Of a stretch of 64,000 bases of DNA, positions 37,012 to 46,061 are shown in pieces. Below the pieces are notes generated by a model. It saw only the letters and a list, made by a program, of their open reading frames with translations, was not told where the DNA came from and did no database searches. The translations under genes were made by a program, and so were the position numbers. The stretch spans positions 53,029 to 117,028 of the forward strand of contig JAKABW010000003.1 in NCBI GenBank assembly GCA_021796535.1. Direction: 5' to 3'. This DNA comes from Actinomycetes bacterium (lineage in GTDB: Bacteria; Actinomycetota; Acidimicrobiia; Acidimicrobiales; Bog-793). Every line of letters starts with the position of its first letter. Position 1 is the first letter of the stretch.

Positions 37012-38121
37012 ATGGCAAAAGACTATTATGAACTGTTGGGCGTATCTCGCAACGCAACCGAAGACGAGATAAAGCGCGCTTACAGAAAATTGGCAAGACA
37101 GCTGCACCCCGATGTCAACGGCGGTGACACCGAAACCGAAGCGCTGTTCAAAGAGGTTACCCTCGCTTACGAAACCCTGAAAGACCCGGAAAAGCGCAAC
37201 CGCTACGACCACTTCGGGCCCGACGGCGCAAAGGGACCCACCATGGATGGCTTTGCCACCGGTCTCGGGGATATTTTTGAAGCCTTTTTCGGGGGATCCC
37301 CTTTCGGGGGAGGCGGCGCGAGATCAACCGCCAGACGCGGTGACGATTTGGAGGTCGTTTTGCAGCTTGCCTTCGAAGAAGCCGTTTTCGGCGCCGAAAA
37401 AGAGGTTACCGTCCGCACTCATTTGACATGCACTACTTGTAGCGGCAGCGGCGCCCGCGCCGGAACGCATCCCTCAAAATGTTCCGAATGCGGCGGCAGC
37501 GGACAGGTAAGGCGCGTGCGTCAGTCTATTTTGGGACAGGTAGTCACCACGAGTGCCTGCGCAAAATGCAACGGAACGGGTGAAGAAATACTGACACCCT
37601 GTCCGGACTGCCGCGGAGAAGGCCGGGTAATCGAGGAAAGAAAAGTCAACGTCGACGTCCCGGCGGGAGTGGACGACGGCATGAAACTGCGCATACCGGG
37701 GGCGGGGGGCGCCGCTTGGCGCGGAGGAATACCGGGGGATCTCTATGTGTCACTTCGCGTCATACCTCACAAATCTTTTGAAAGAGCGGGCAATGACCTC
37801 ATTCTGCAACTGCACATACCCATGACGCAGGCGGCATTGGGGGCCGATCTGGACATTGAAACCTTGGACGGCCATGAGCACATCACGATAGCTGCCGGAA
37901 CACAGTCCGGACACGTCATCAGGATCAAAGGCAAAGGAGCTCCTCCGGTACGCGGCAGAGGCCGAGGTGACCTGCATATCAGCATCACCGTGGATACTCC
38001 CGGCAACCTCTCCAAAGAACAGGCACAACTGCTTTATCAACTTGCCGAACTCAGAAACGAAGATGTCCTCAATCCCAACGAAGGCGGCTTGCTCCACAAA
38101 ATACGGACCAGTTTCGGTTAA
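37012..38121 (+). CDS. dnaJ: molecular chaperone DnaJ
   Basis: 369-aa ORF. J-domain DYYELLGVSRNATEDEIKRAYRKLARQLHPD, G/F region, and four CxxCxGxG zinc-finger repeats. Confidence 0.95.
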   Translation: MAKDYYELLGVSRNATEDEIKRAYRKLARQLHPDVNGGDTETEALFKEVTLAYETLKDPEKRNRYDHFGPDGAKGPTMDGFATGLGDIFEAFFGGSPFGGGGARSTARRGDDLEVVLQLAFEEAVFGAEKEVTVRTHLTCTTCSGSGARAGTHPSKCSECGGSGQVRRVRQSILGQVVTTSACAKCNGTGEEILTPCPDCRGEGRVIEERKVNVDVPAGVDDGMKLRIPGAGGAAWRGGIPGDLYVSLRVIPHKSFERAGNDLILQLHIPMTQAALGADLDIETLDGHEHITIAAGTQSGHVIRIKGKGAPPVRGRGRGDLHISITVDTPGNLSKEQAQLLYQLAELRNEDVLNPNEGGLLHKIRTSFG

Positions 38122-38200
38122 GTACTCAGAACGCGTCACCCGCAGCCGCGACTGACAATGAAAAAACTCCGATTGGCGATCTGCGGCGGCAAGGATAGGA

Positions 38201-38998
38201 ATGGCTCCCGACAATCATCTCAGACAGGCAAAATCTTTGGTGTTTACCAAAGATTTAAACCTGATCAGGCTGAACGAGTCGACGTGGCACCATCTGGCCA
38301 ACGTACTCAGAATCGACACTGGCGATCTCATCGCCGTATCGGACGGGGACAACCTGTATCAGATATTTCAATCTCTCCACAATTTAAAGACAGCTTTAAA
38401 CCGGAACCAAAGAAGAAAAAACGAAGAAGCCGAGTTTTCCGCTTATTTTACGCCGGTGACAAAACCACAAAAGACGGAAAAGAAAGAACGGGAAACTGGA
38501 ATCGGTCTTTCCTTATGCAAAAATGACAAAATGGAATGGGCCCTCCAAAAGCTGACGGAAGTCGGCGTCGACCATATCTGGCTTATTCTGGCCGCAAGAA
38601 GTCAGGTCAAACACTCGGATCCAAAACCGAATTATCCAAGGCTACAAAAGATCATCGAAGAAGCCGCTTCTCAAGCCAGGCGGCTGCGGATGCCGCTGTT
38701 ACACGAACTCCTTACCCCGCAGGCGGCTTACGAAGAAATGTCACGCTTGGGACGGGTCGCCATGGCAGAACCGGGCGGCAAGACCTTTGCCGGCGATTTG
38801 TCCTGCGTCATGATAGGTCCGGAAGGCGGCTGGACACCGGAAGAGCTTTTGATCGCCGACGGCTTGGAACTTTCTTCCGGAATCCTGAGGGTGGAAACGG
38901 CCGCAACCGTGGCCGGATATCTCCTTTCCGGTATTGCCGAATCCGTGTCGTCAGAAAGCAACCGAAAGAAGTCAACCCGTCAATCCGGAACCGGTTAA
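38201..38998 (+). CDS. rsmE: 16S rRNA (uracil1498-N3)-methyltransferase
   Basis: 265-aa ORF. PUA-like N-terminus (HHLANVLRIDTGDLIAVSDGDN) and a SPOUT C-terminus (KMEWALQKLTEVGVDHIWLI, IGPEGGWTPEE). It occupies the conserved position after dnaJ. Confidence 0.8.
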   Translation: MAPDNHLRQAKSLVFTKDLNLIRLNESTWHHLANVLRIDTGDLIAVSDGDNLYQIFQSLHNLKTALNRNQRRKNEEAEFSAYFTPVTKPQKTEKKERETGIGLSLCKNDKMEWALQKLTEVGVDHIWLILAARSQVKHSDPKPNYPRLQKIIEEAASQARRLRMPLLHELLTPQAAYEEMSRLGRVAMAEPGGKTFAGDLSCVMIGPEGGWTPEELLIADGLELSSGILRVETAATVAGYLLSGIAESVSSESNRKKSTRQSGTG

Positions 38999-39278
38999 AT
39001 ACTGTCTAAGGTAAATAAATACACAAAATACTACTTAAAGTAATAAAAATCTATTAGAATGCATGGAAACAAGTGAAGTAGCACAAAATGTATCAAATAC
39101 TCTCGCTATACCCTCCCTCCAAAAATTTAGTGTCTTTACCTTGACGGGTGACATGATTACGCGCGGAGAGTGGTATTCTGGAGTCGTAAAGATTTTGTGC
39201 AGTCACGTTGCGAGCGTATCATCAACTGGACTGTCTAGGGGGACAGCGGGCTTTGAGACCAACTGAGCAGGGAGATAT

Positions 39279-39833
39279 ATGACAGATACCACAGAAGATA
39301 TGGACAATGGCAGCGGTACTGAACTTGTTCCTTCGCAGCAGACCATTACGATAGGTGCCCGTTTACGCGCCATCAGAAAACAAAAGCGTATGTCGTTGCA
39401 GGCCGTAGAGGCCACGTCACACCATGAGTTTCGAGCTTCCGTTCTCGGCGCTTACGAACGGGGTGAGCGGTCCATTTCGGTTCCGAGACTGCAGAGACTG
39501 GCAGAGCTTTACTCTGTGCCGGTGGATCAGCTGTTGCCGGAAAACTCGCGCACGCCTAGTTCTTCCATGCCTCCCTCTTCCGGAGAGTCGGGTCTGCCCC
39601 AACGCATCCGGATCGACCTGACCGTACTGAAAAACGCCAACGGACGCGAGGCCGACGCTTTGCGGCATTTTCTGGCTCAGGTACAGGTACAACGCCAGGA
39701 CTTCAACGGACGGGTACTCACAATCCGCACGGAAGACTTGCGGGTTCTGGGAGCGAGTTTTGGCAGAAACGTCACGGAAATGATCGAGGCTCTGGATGCC
39801 GCGGGGTTGGTGCATCACCCCGAAACGAATTAA
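39279..39833 (+). CDS. bldD: BldD-like XRE-family developmental regulator with c-di-GMP-binding signature
   Basis: 184-aa ORF behind an AGGGAG RBS. The N-terminal HTH (IGARLRAIRKQKRMSLQAVE...VLGAYERGERSISVPRLQRLAELYSVPVDQLLP) closely parallels the Streptomyces BldD sequence as I recall it. The C-domain contains RQD-FNGRVLTI-RTED (39693..39737), which matches the RXD-X8-RXXD motif. Confidence 0.7.
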   Translation: MTDTTEDMDNGSGTELVPSQQTITIGARLRAIRKQKRMSLQAVEATSHHEFRASVLGAYERGERSISVPRLQRLAELYSVPVDQLLPENSRTPSSSMPPSSGESGLPQRIRIDLTVLKNANGREADALRHFLAQVQVQRQDFNGRVLTIRTEDLRVLGASFGRNVTEMIEALDAAGLVHHPETN

Positions 39834-39857
39834 ACCGACCGACCGGTCCGGATTCCC

Positions 39858-41000
39858 ATGAATCCGTCCCGCGTTTTTCCCGTCGCCGACCAATTCGGTG
39901 TCTATATCCATATCCCCTTTTGCGCCAAAAGGTGCGATTACTGTGCGTTTACGACTTTCACCGAGTACCCCCACCTCCAAAAAGCCTACATTGACGCCTG
40001 CATCAAAGAAGTCGGGCTGGCAGACGAAGCCGGAATGTCCTCTCCGGCCACCTCAATCTACATAGGAGGCGGCACGCCATCTTTGGTGGACGGACGCGAT
40101 CTGGCACTTTTGCTGAATGCCGTCACAAAACGCGACGGAGCGGAAATCACGGTGGAGGCCAACCCGGAAAGCCTGACCGGGGACTTCTGTGCGGCTTTGG
40201 CAGACGCCGGCGTCACCAGGATTTCCATAGGCGTCCAGTCTTTGGTGCCGCGCGTCCTCAAAGACTTGGGCCGTCCCCATTACCGCGGAGCGGTTGAAAA
40301 GGCTTTGGAACTGATCGCCAAATATAACTTTTTAACCCACAACGTCGACATCATTTACGGAGCTGTTTCCGAAACCCAAGACGATCTCCGGGAAACCCTG
40401 GACGGCATATTTTCCATGGATCCCGGTCTTTCCCATCTGAGTGCTTATGCTCTGACCGTAGAACCGGGAACGCCGCTGGCCCAAGAAACGTTCAGATACC
40501 CCGACGAAGACAGGCAGGCAGGCTTTTACGAATTCATAGACGATTACCTGTCCGACAGGGGCCTGAAGTGGTACGAAATTTCGAATTGGGCAAAGCCGGG
40601 CCATGCCTGCCGGCACAACGAACTCTATTGGCAAGGCAGCCCTTATCTCGGCATAGGGTGCGCCGCCCACGGATACATAAAAGGCACGCGCTACAAAAAC
40701 ACTTCTTCGATCAAGCGCTACCTCAAAATAACGGCGGACGGCGAATTGTCCCGCGTGCAAAACGACATCATAGGACCCGAGGAACGCGAGCTGGAACTGC
40801 TTTATCTCAGACTGAGAACGGCATCGGGCGTACCGGAAAAAAATCTTCGGATAACGGAAGATATTGCCGATTTGGTAAGCCTGGATTCCGGACAATATAT
40901 CCTGACAAAACGGGGACGGCTTCTTGCCAACGAAGTCGCCCACAGGCTACTGGCAGGCACCGAGACACAAAACTTTACACATGCCTCCAAATCTCCGTAA
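39858..41000 (+). CDS. hemW: radical SAM heme chaperone HemW (HemN-like, oxygen-independent coproporphyrinogen oxidase family)
   Basis: 380-aa ORF. YIHIPFCAKRCDYCAF (CxxxCxxC), GGGTPS, and an HemN_C-like C-terminus. Confidence 0.85.
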   Translation: MNPSRVFPVADQFGVYIHIPFCAKRCDYCAFTTFTEYPHLQKAYIDACIKEVGLADEAGMSSPATSIYIGGGTPSLVDGRDLALLLNAVTKRDGAEITVEANPESLTGDFCAALADAGVTRISIGVQSLVPRVLKDLGRPHYRGAVEKALELIAKYNFLTHNVDIIYGAVSETQDDLRETLDGIFSMDPGLSHLSAYALTVEPGTPLAQETFRYPDEDRQAGFYEFIDDYLSDRGLKWYEISNWAKPGHACRHNELYWQGSPYLGIGCAAHGYIKGTRYKNTSSIKRYLKITADGELSRVQNDIIGPEERELELLYLRLRTASGVPEKNLRITEDIADLVSLDSGQYILTKRGRLLANEVAHRLLAGTETQNFTHASKSP

Positions 41001-41171
41001 ATGTCGGAAGATAGCACATCAAATCACATCAAACAGACCGGGATAACCTCAATACGGCACCGGAGCGTGCTAGGCTGTTTTACGATAAAAGTATAACTTA
41101 TGATTTAAAATGACACGAAGAGTAATTATTATGCTACTCTGAGTGATGAAGGTTATTTTATGGAGGTTCCG

Positions 41172-41390
41172 ATGCAGTGGATGAGCACAAAAGAGGCGTC
41201 AGATTATTTGGGTGTCAACCTGAGGACTCTTTACAGATTCATCGACGAAGGTGAGCTTGTGGCGTATAAATTCGGAAGAGTAATCCGCCTAAAAGTCTCA
41301 GACGTTGAGAGCTTTGTAGAGTCCGCCAAGATCGCTCCGGGAACGTTGGAGCATCTCTACCCGGAACATGTCAGGCTGGTACACGGCTGA
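41172..41390 (+). CDS. excisionase-family (HTH_17/MerR-superfamily) small DNA-binding protein
   Basis: MQWMSTKEASDYLGVNLRTLYRFIDEGELVAYKFGRVIRLKVSDVESFV. I preferred the ATG at 41172, which sits 5 nt after GGAGG. The ORF track starts at 41160. Confidence 0.7.
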   Translation: MQWMSTKEASDYLGVNLRTLYRFIDEGELVAYKFGRVIRLKVSDVESFVESAKIAPGTLEHLYPEHVRLVHG

Positions 41391-41394
41391 AATC

Positions 41395-41748
41395 ATGACC
41401 GCCGTCAACGAAAGTTGCCTATTCTGCGATATCGTCGCCGGTAACGCGGCAGCCGAAATTGTGGCCTCCAACGAAGAGGCTGTGGCTTTTCGCGACATTC
41501 ACCCCTGTGCGCCCACGCACATTTTGGTGGTACCCAAAAGCCATATCGTCAGCGCTTTAAGTATCGAAGCCGCTCATATGCCGCAAATGGCAAAGATGTT
41601 TGAACTGGCTCAAGAAGTGGCCGAAAAAGAACAAATTGACCAAACCGGTTTCCGACTGGTATTCAATGTGGGAGAAGACGCCGCCAACAGCATTGCTCAC
41701 CTTCATATGCACTTAATCGGAGGTAAGCGACTCGGTCCCATGGCCTGA
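41395..41748 (+). CDS. HIT (histidine triad) family protein
   Basis: CLFCDIVAG, HILVVPKSH, and histidine triad HLHMHLIGG. I chose the ATG at 41395, just after the upstream stop. The ORF track starts at 41368. Confidence 0.85.
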   Translation: MTAVNESCLFCDIVAGNAAAEIVASNEEAVAFRDIHPCAPTHILVVPKSHIVSALSIEAAHMPQMAKMFELAQEVAEKEQIDQTGFRLVFNVGEDAANSIAHLHMHLIGGKRLGPMA

Positions 41749-41858
41749 CGCACCTTATATCCGCCGCCGATTCCGACCATCGCACTTGTCTGCAGTCAAG
41801 CTGAAAATTCGCTGTGAAATCCTTGTCGGCACCGCCGACTTGTGTAATACTTCGTTAT

Positions 41859-42968
41859 ATGAAAATATTATCAAAATTTAAAAACGGCGCAACTCCCGTT
41901 GTTGCCGGTTTGGTATTGATAGCCCTGGTAGCCTCATCGTGTTCTTCCGGTACGAATTCCAGTGCCGCCAAACCCACTCCCGTCAAGTCGGCCAACGTAA
42001 CCGCACTCCTGAAAAATATCTATGCCAATTCTCAAAACGCCAAAAACGTAGACGAAAATATCTCATTTGGTATAACCAATATACCTTACATACTCCAATC
42101 TTCGGGCAACCTGTCGCCGGCGGCCAAAAGAAAGGAGGCGATGGCTCTTGCTATCATCCCCAAATTCTCCATCAACCTGGCCGCAAGCAAGACCTCTTCC
42201 GGGGTCGGGAATCTAAATGAACTGATCGGTTTTGATTACTCTTCCCAACCGATCGGACAAATCATACTGACGACGAAAAACGCTAAACTGAGTGCTACAT
42301 ATTTTAAGGTGGATTTGGCCGCTCTGGCCAAATTGCCGTTGCCCTGGCCGGCAAGCGTAAAAAACGAACTGGGTTTGGTCGGAGCCATAATCCAACCCAC
42401 CTGGTATAAAATTCCTTCGGCCCTCGTCGCCAGAGCGTCAACTTTACCCACATCCGGCACTCAAAAAATTCCCGGCGGCCTGAAAAGCATTAAAGCTTTT
42501 CTCAAGAACGACCTCATACTGGCTTCCATCCTGCCAGAAGCTTTCAAGTCACAGGTAATTACCAACCAGGGCGGAGAAACAATCAATTTTTCCAACAACT
42601 TATATGCCCTGCTCAAGTGGTGGGGTGCATCCGGGATAAAGCAACTGAGACAACTGAAGCTGCTGACTCCGGCCGAAATGACAAAATTGACGATATCCGA
42701 AAAAAGTTTTGCCCAAGCCAAAGCCGAAAAACTCAACAAAGATACGATAACTGCTTCCATGGAAGCCACTTCGGCCAACGAGTTGACCGACTTCAAGGTC
42801 GTACTTTCTCTTGTTGTGCCCTCAAATACAACACAAAAGGTTGAAATATCGGTGAGTGTACCCATCACTTACAATACGCAAGTGACGCCGCCTTCCAATG
42901 CCGTCACTCTGCCGCCTTCTATTTTGGGAGGGCTGGGCGGAGGCAGCCTTCCGTCGGGAGCGCTTTAA
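41859..42968 (+). CDS. hypothetical lipoprotein
   Basis: MKILSKFKNGATPVVAGLVLIALVASSC has a lipobox-like ASSC, followed by SSGTNSS. I recognised no catalytic motif. The ORF track starts at 41814. Confidence 0.6.
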   Translation: MKILSKFKNGATPVVAGLVLIALVASSCSSGTNSSAAKPTPVKSANVTALLKNIYANSQNAKNVDENISFGITNIPYILQSSGNLSPAAKRKEAMALAIIPKFSINLAASKTSSGVGNLNELIGFDYSSQPIGQIILTTKNAKLSATYFKVDLAALAKLPLPWPASVKNELGLVGAIIQPTWYKIPSALVARASTLPTSGTQKIPGGLKSIKAFLKNDLILASILPEAFKSQVITNQGGETINFSNNLYALLKWWGASGIKQLRQLKLLTPAEMTKLTISEKSFAQAKAEKLNKDTITASMEATSANELTDFKVVLSLVVPSNTTQKVEISVSVPITYNTQVTPPSNAVTLPPSILGGLGGGSLPSGAL

Positions 42969-42988
42969 AAACGTTGCTTCCCCGATTC

Positions 42989-43026
42989 CAAAATCACCCG
43001 CTTTGCCGGCGGGTGATTTTCTTTTA
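42989..43026 (+). terminator. rho-independent terminator after lipoprotein gene 1
   Basis: AAAATCACCCGC-tttgccg-GCGGGTGATTTT followed by CTTTT. It begins 21 nt after the stop. Confidence 0.75.
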
Positions 43027-43235
43027 AGAACAGCGGACAAACCCGGAAAGGACAACAGAGCATACTCCGCAGCCTGTCGCCCGGCCCGGGCGCGGGTTTT
43101 TGCTGCGACAAATCTCGCGGCGAGTAAAAAGGCGGGTTCGCCGCGTTTGGTGTGCTACGGTATACGTTCGCGGCCGCACCCGGAGCAAAGGACTGCTATT
43201 GTTTTCCCGATAGGGCAAATCTTGGGGCTATTTGA

Positions 43236-44303
43236 ATGATGCAGACACGTTTAAAGAAAAAAACAGCGTTGCTCTTCTCCTTTGCTCTCCTTCTTCCCCT
43301 ACTGGGGGGTTGTGCGTCGTCGTCGGGAACTGCCAAAAGCGTTTCATTAAAACTTGCCGGAAAATACCTGTCTTATTCCTTGCCGGAACTAAAAATGCAG
43401 CCGAAGTTCATACTTAATTTGAACTTCCGGGGATCAAAGCTGGGCGCCGAAACTCAGTTATTTGACGGCTTGGAACTCTCCGTCGCGCTGAACGCCGGGC
43501 CACGGAATGCGGCAATGCCCCGTTCTGAGTCAAAAGAGTTTGACTCGTACACCCTGCGCTATAACGGCAGACAGATCCTTACCTTGATCTACGCCGGCAC
43601 CGGAGAAATCCTCTTTCGCGTCGAGAGAAACAACGCCTTGCTCTTTATAAAAAACAACCCGACGTTATCCGGTACCTACCTGAAATATGCAATACCTTTT
43701 CTACGTAACTCCTGGTATCAAATTTCTTACCCAAAACTCTTGCAAAGCATAAAACAAATTTTTGCCTATTTGCCCTTCCCCACCCCGGCCATTGCCTCAA
43801 ACGGCTTGACACGACACGAAGCACTCCCGGATCCCGTGTATCTCCTTGTCGATGTGCTATCCCAGGTGGCGCTGTTCGGCATTGCCCATCACTCGGCCGA
43901 GGCCGACGAAAGAAACGGTTTGCTTGTCATCAACTCCTCCGTCGGCTCCCAAAGCATTTTGGCGACCACGGCGCACTTGCTATCCGGAATCGGGCTTTTG
44001 GACCCCCTGAGCCGCTACATCGACAACCTGGCGCTGAATTTCCCGCCGACACAGGTCAACTCAGCCGTATCCCTGCGGATGAATACGCCGCCCGGCGGCG
44101 GAAAGAAAACACCGCGGCCGGAAATCTTGACGGAAAATATACAGGACAGCATGACCAGCGGACTTTTAAAACTTGAAATCAACGCGACGACAGAACGCGG
44201 GACGGCTGTAGTACATTTTCCCGTGCATGTCAAAACGCTTAACCCCAAAATAACGGGGAGCCTGCGCCCCCTCCTTTTTGAACTTTTGCGGCACTATTTT
44301 TAA
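43236..44303 (+). CDS. hypothetical lipoprotein
   Basis: MMQTRLKKKTALLFSFALLLPLLGGC is a classic signal peptide with an LLGGC lipobox. I recognised no domain. Confidence 0.65.
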   Translation: MMQTRLKKKTALLFSFALLLPLLGGCASSSGTAKSVSLKLAGKYLSYSLPELKMQPKFILNLNFRGSKLGAETQLFDGLELSVALNAGPRNAAMPRSESKEFDSYTLRYNGRQILTLIYAGTGEILFRVERNNALLFIKNNPTLSGTYLKYAIPFLRNSWYQISYPKLLQSIKQIFAYLPFPTPAIASNGLTRHEALPDPVYLLVDVLSQVALFGIAHHSAEADERNGLLVINSSVGSQSILATTAHLLSGIGLLDPLSRYIDNLALNFPPTQVNSAVSLRMNTPPGGGKKTPRPEILTENIQDSMTSGLLKLEINATTERGTAVVHFPVHVKTLNPKITGSLRPLLFELLRHYF

Positions 44304-44384
44304 CCGGCCGGCACCAAAACCTTGCCGGTAAATCCGCACATCGACATTTTTTATATTTTAAACTGCTACAATTTGTTTGTAACC

Positions 44385-45335
44385 GTGTCAGATACAAAAG
44401 TCAGAATAGACGTACCAGAGAATAACTTAATGGCGGACTTGCTTGGGGATCGCGACGAACTGTTGCGTTTGATCGAGGAGTCTTTCAAAGAAACATCCAT
44501 ACACGTCCGGGGCAACCAAATCACCATTGACGGCAAAGAAAAAGACTGCGTTACCAAAGTCTTCAACGAACTGCTGGCAATTGCGGCACAGGGTCAGACC
44601 CTGGACAGGGAAAACGTCGGGAGAGCCATCGAAATGGTACTGGAAGACTTGAGTCCGTCTCACATCCTGGATACAGAAATACTGAAAACCCCCCAGGGCC
44701 GTCTGGTAAGGCCGAAAACACAGGGGCAAAAAAATTACGTGGACGCCATAAAAACCAACACCGTCACTTTCGGCATAGGTCCGGCCGGCACGGGAAAGTC
44801 TTACCTGGCCGTTGCCTTGGCCGTGAAGGCCCTCCAGGAAAAACAGGTTGCCAGGATCGTATTGACCAGGCCGGCCGTGGAAGCCGGAGAAAGACTGGGC
44901 TTTCTGCCCGGTGACCTCATGGCAAAAGTCGATCCGTATCTGCGCCCTCTTTACGACGCCCTTTTTGAAATGCTGGAACCGGAAGGCGCGCAAAAGCTCA
45001 TCGACAGAACCGTGGTGGAAGTGGCACCCCTCGCTTTTATGCGCGGCAGAACTTTGAATTCGAGTTTTATCATTTTGGATGAAGCCCAAAACACCACGCC
45101 CGAGCAGATGAAGATGTTCCTTACCCGGATAGGTTTCAACAGCAAAGCTGTCATAACCGGCGACGTCACGCAAATAGACGTCGTCAACAACCGCTCGGGT
45201 CTGCTCGGCCTGGAAGATATTCTGGGCGGAGTAAACGACGTCTCGTTCGTCAAATTGGGAAACAAAGACGTGGTACGGGCACCCATAGTAAAAGATATCG
45301 TGGCCGCTTATGAAAGATCCTCACATGCCCGATAG
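44385..45335 (+). CDS. phoH: PhoH-like ATPase
   Basis: Walker A GPAGTGKSYLAVA, TRPAVEAGERLGFLPGD, ILDEAQN, ITGDVTQID. The start is uncertain: GTG at 44385 or TTG at 44322 as in the ORF track. Confidence 0.9.
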   Translation: MSDTKVRIDVPENNLMADLLGDRDELLRLIEESFKETSIHVRGNQITIDGKEKDCVTKVFNELLAIAAQGQTLDRENVGRAIEMVLEDLSPSHILDTEILKTPQGRLVRPKTQGQKNYVDAIKTNTVTFGIGPAGTGKSYLAVALAVKALQEKQVARIVLTRPAVEAGERLGFLPGDLMAKVDPYLRPLYDALFEMLEPEGAQKLIDRTVVEVAPLAFMRGRTLNSSFIILDEAQNTTPEQMKMFLTRIGFNSKAVITGDVTQIDVVNNRSGLLGLEDILGGVNDVSFVKLGNKDVVRAPIVKDIVAAYERSSHAR

Positions 45336-45401
45336 ACACCGGCTTATCCGGAACCTCCTTTTTCTCCGGGTGTCGGGGGAAAGAGGCACAAAAGGAGAAC
45401 G

Positions 45402-45959
45402 ATGACAGCGGCACAACGAAGCCGGGAACCGATCGACGTATTCGTTGCCAACGAGCAAAGCGACGTTGACCTCAAAGAAGACGTCTGGGCCGAGCTGGTA
45501 AGAAACGCCTTGTCGTATCAGGGTGTCAGAGGTCCGGCCGAGATATCCCTGATATTTGTCGACGAAACCACCGTCGCATCCCTCAACGAAAGATTCTTAA
45601 AGCATAAAGGCCCCACCGACGTCCTTTCTTTTCCGATAGAAGACAACGACGTGCAGTCCGGACGCAATCCGGACGGTAGCACCAAAGGTCCCGTCGAACC
45701 TCAACTTAACCGGGAAGTGCCTCAGTTGCTGGGTGACATCATTGTCTGTCCGAAAGTCGCGGCGGGAAATGCCCCCTCTCATCGTTGCGACGTGCATAAC
45801 GGAACCCTTGACGACGAGTTGGCCCTGCTTGTCGTGCACGGAGTGCTTCATATCCTCGGCATGGATCACGAGGCGGAAGAAGAAGCCGTCGTTATGGAAG
45901 CAAGGGAACAGGAAATCCTGGCGGAACACTATAGAAAAAGCAGAGGCGGCAATCTATAA
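45402..45959 (+). CDS. ybeY: rRNA maturation RNase YbeY
   Basis: 185-aa ORF. Metal-binding motif HGVLHILGMDH, and TDVLSFP. Confidence 0.9.
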   Translation: MTAAQRSREPIDVFVANEQSDVDLKEDVWAELVRNALSYQGVRGPAEISLIFVDETTVASLNERFLKHKGPTDVLSFPIEDNDVQSGRNPDGSTKGPVEPQLNREVPQLLGDIIVCPKVAAGNAPSHRCDVHNGTLDDELALLVVHGVLHILGMDHEAEEEAVVMEAREQEILAEHYRKSRGGNL

Positions 45960-46061
45960 TCTTTTTATAGAAAATGATATGTTCGGTAAACAAGAGCATA
46001 ACAATACCCGCACGGCCTGCGAACGCAGATCTTGCGGCACGAACGCCATTGTGAGTCGGCC

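Noticed and set aside
39000-39278. Looked for a BldD box (TNAC-N5-GTNA) in the bldD-like leader, which would indicate autoregulation
   Set aside because: I found only partial matches (TGAC-ATGAT-TACG, TCAC-GTTGC-GAGC), and none fits the full consensus. The GTGAC...GTCAC pair is about 55 nt apart. I cannot support a site.
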